64,000 nt of DNA, from positions 448,001 through 512,000 of the forward strand of contig CAWCNY010000002.1 of the NCBI GenBank assembly GCA_963797095.1. Reading direction: 5' to 3'. This DNA is from an uncultured Chloroflexia bacterium. GTDB lineage: Bacteria > Chloroflexota > Chloroflexia > QHBQ01 > JADMIH01. Positions 62,863-64,000 of this stretch are shown in pieces; within the stretch, counting starts at the first letter, position 1; each line of letters begins with the position of its first letter. A program made the position numbers and the translations under genes. Under the pieces are notes generated by a model. The model saw only the letters and a list, made by a program, of their open reading frames with translations. It did not search any database and was not told where the DNA came from.

Positions 62863-64000
62863 CACGGCTGATGCAAAGTCGGTCATGAAAGGGGTGTTGT
62901 CCATAGAGTACGCTCCAAGCGGTAGTGGAAGGCGCGTTGAGCAGCAGGTAGATTAGCTTGCGCATGATGGGCGGCTAGCCCTACTACGATGTTGTTGAGG
63001 GTAGCCAGCACGCGAGGTGCGTGACCCACCCTTACCTGGGAGGAGTCTTCGTCGAGGCTCACATCACGCCGATAGTGCAGTCCGTTTTCTATTCCCCAGT
63101 GGTCTCTTACCACCCGCAGGAGCATATGCGGTGATGCTGCTGCCCGCGGTGATGCTGCTGCCCTTGGTAGAGAGGTCACTCCATAATGCACCATCTCCTT
63201 TACCTGTCCCAATCCGTCTACCACTCGGCACTTGAGCTTGAATACCTGCCTCAGATGCGGCCACTTTGAGTAGCCGCACAGAGCCGAACTTACCCATATA
63301 GTGCGCTTATAGTGCGCTCCTCCACTCGTCCGTGCCCTTTGTTTATCCGCCTTGCCCACTCCAAATCGGGAGGCATAGCGAAGTTTGGGGCCTCGCTTTT
63401 GGTCTGAGGCGGTGGCTCAAACAATGTGCGGATGTCGGCCAACAACTCCGGCTGGTTCTCCTTTACCTTCCACAGGTAATCTCCACCACCCCTGACGATC
63501 TGAGCAGATAGGTTACGTTGGGCAAACATAGCATCTCCTGTTACCACTACGCCTCTCAGGTCAAGTTGAGCCAGCAAAGTGGGCGCTACCGTTAGTTCGT
63601 TGGCCTTCTCTTCAACTTCCAGTTGGGCCAGCACGACCCCTACCTGTGGCAGGTACGCACACACCAGATGCACCCCCTTCGTATACCCCAAAGGGATGGT
63701 GCCTCTCAGCGTCTTGCCGTCAATCGTGAGCACAAGACCTCCTCTACGTCTGCGTTTCTTGTGTATGAGTGGGGAGCACAACTCCTTGAAGAACTCGCCT
63801 ACCACTTGGTCCAAAGCATAAGGGTCGAGTGCCTTGCCGAAGATGCGCCCCCAGGTGGTAGGGTGTGGCAGAGTAGTTCTGCCAAAACCCAGCAAGGAGC
63901 AGAGTTGCTCTGAGCGCAACCCTGCCCACTCTGCTAGCGCTCGTAACTGACCGTGACCTGCCAGCTTAGCAAGCACCGCCACCGTCAGGACCACACTCAA
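62863..64000 (-). mobile_element. ISAs1 family element with a frameshifted transposase (continues beyond the window)
   Basis: IDGKTLRG, K.NE, VVTGDAMFAQ, VKENQP, KGHGRVE.R, RDHWGIENGLHYRRDV...ED; probable right IR cacggctgatgcaaagtc at 62863-62880. Confidence 0.92.

Overview
A 64 kb, GC-rich bacterial chromosomal window. A Chloroflexota origin is inferred from the lineage-typical surface proteins, not proven. Positions 1-56.5 kb are mostly housekeeping and metabolic genes: mfd, pth, alaS, ruvX, add, a class A PBP, rmlA/rmlB, ppk2, a GH3 hexosaminidase and hutH. They also hold a probable lipid/glycolipid cluster (extended SDR, MBL hydrolase, F390-type ligase, GT1, FabH-like enzyme, frameshifted SDR), a stand-alone baseplate-J-like membrane protein, an orphan DNA methyltransferase, an IS1380-like remnant, and a complete IS sitting between tetR and its MFS pump. 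Positions 56.5-64 kb are a decayed accessory island: a 145-bp MITE with a 10-bp target-site duplication, two copies of an hsdR-start/hsdS-end fusion flanking a CUB-like repeat gene, a truncated HEPN-motif gene fused to a truncated UvrD-nuclease gene, and a frameshifted ISAs1. Families of 7-bp tandem repeats occur throughout. They are often arranged as inverted or nested arms, and they are translated in frame inside Mfd, AlaS, HutH and other proteins. No rRNA, tRNA or CRISPR array was seen. All product calls rest on motif recognition by eye; no database searches were run.
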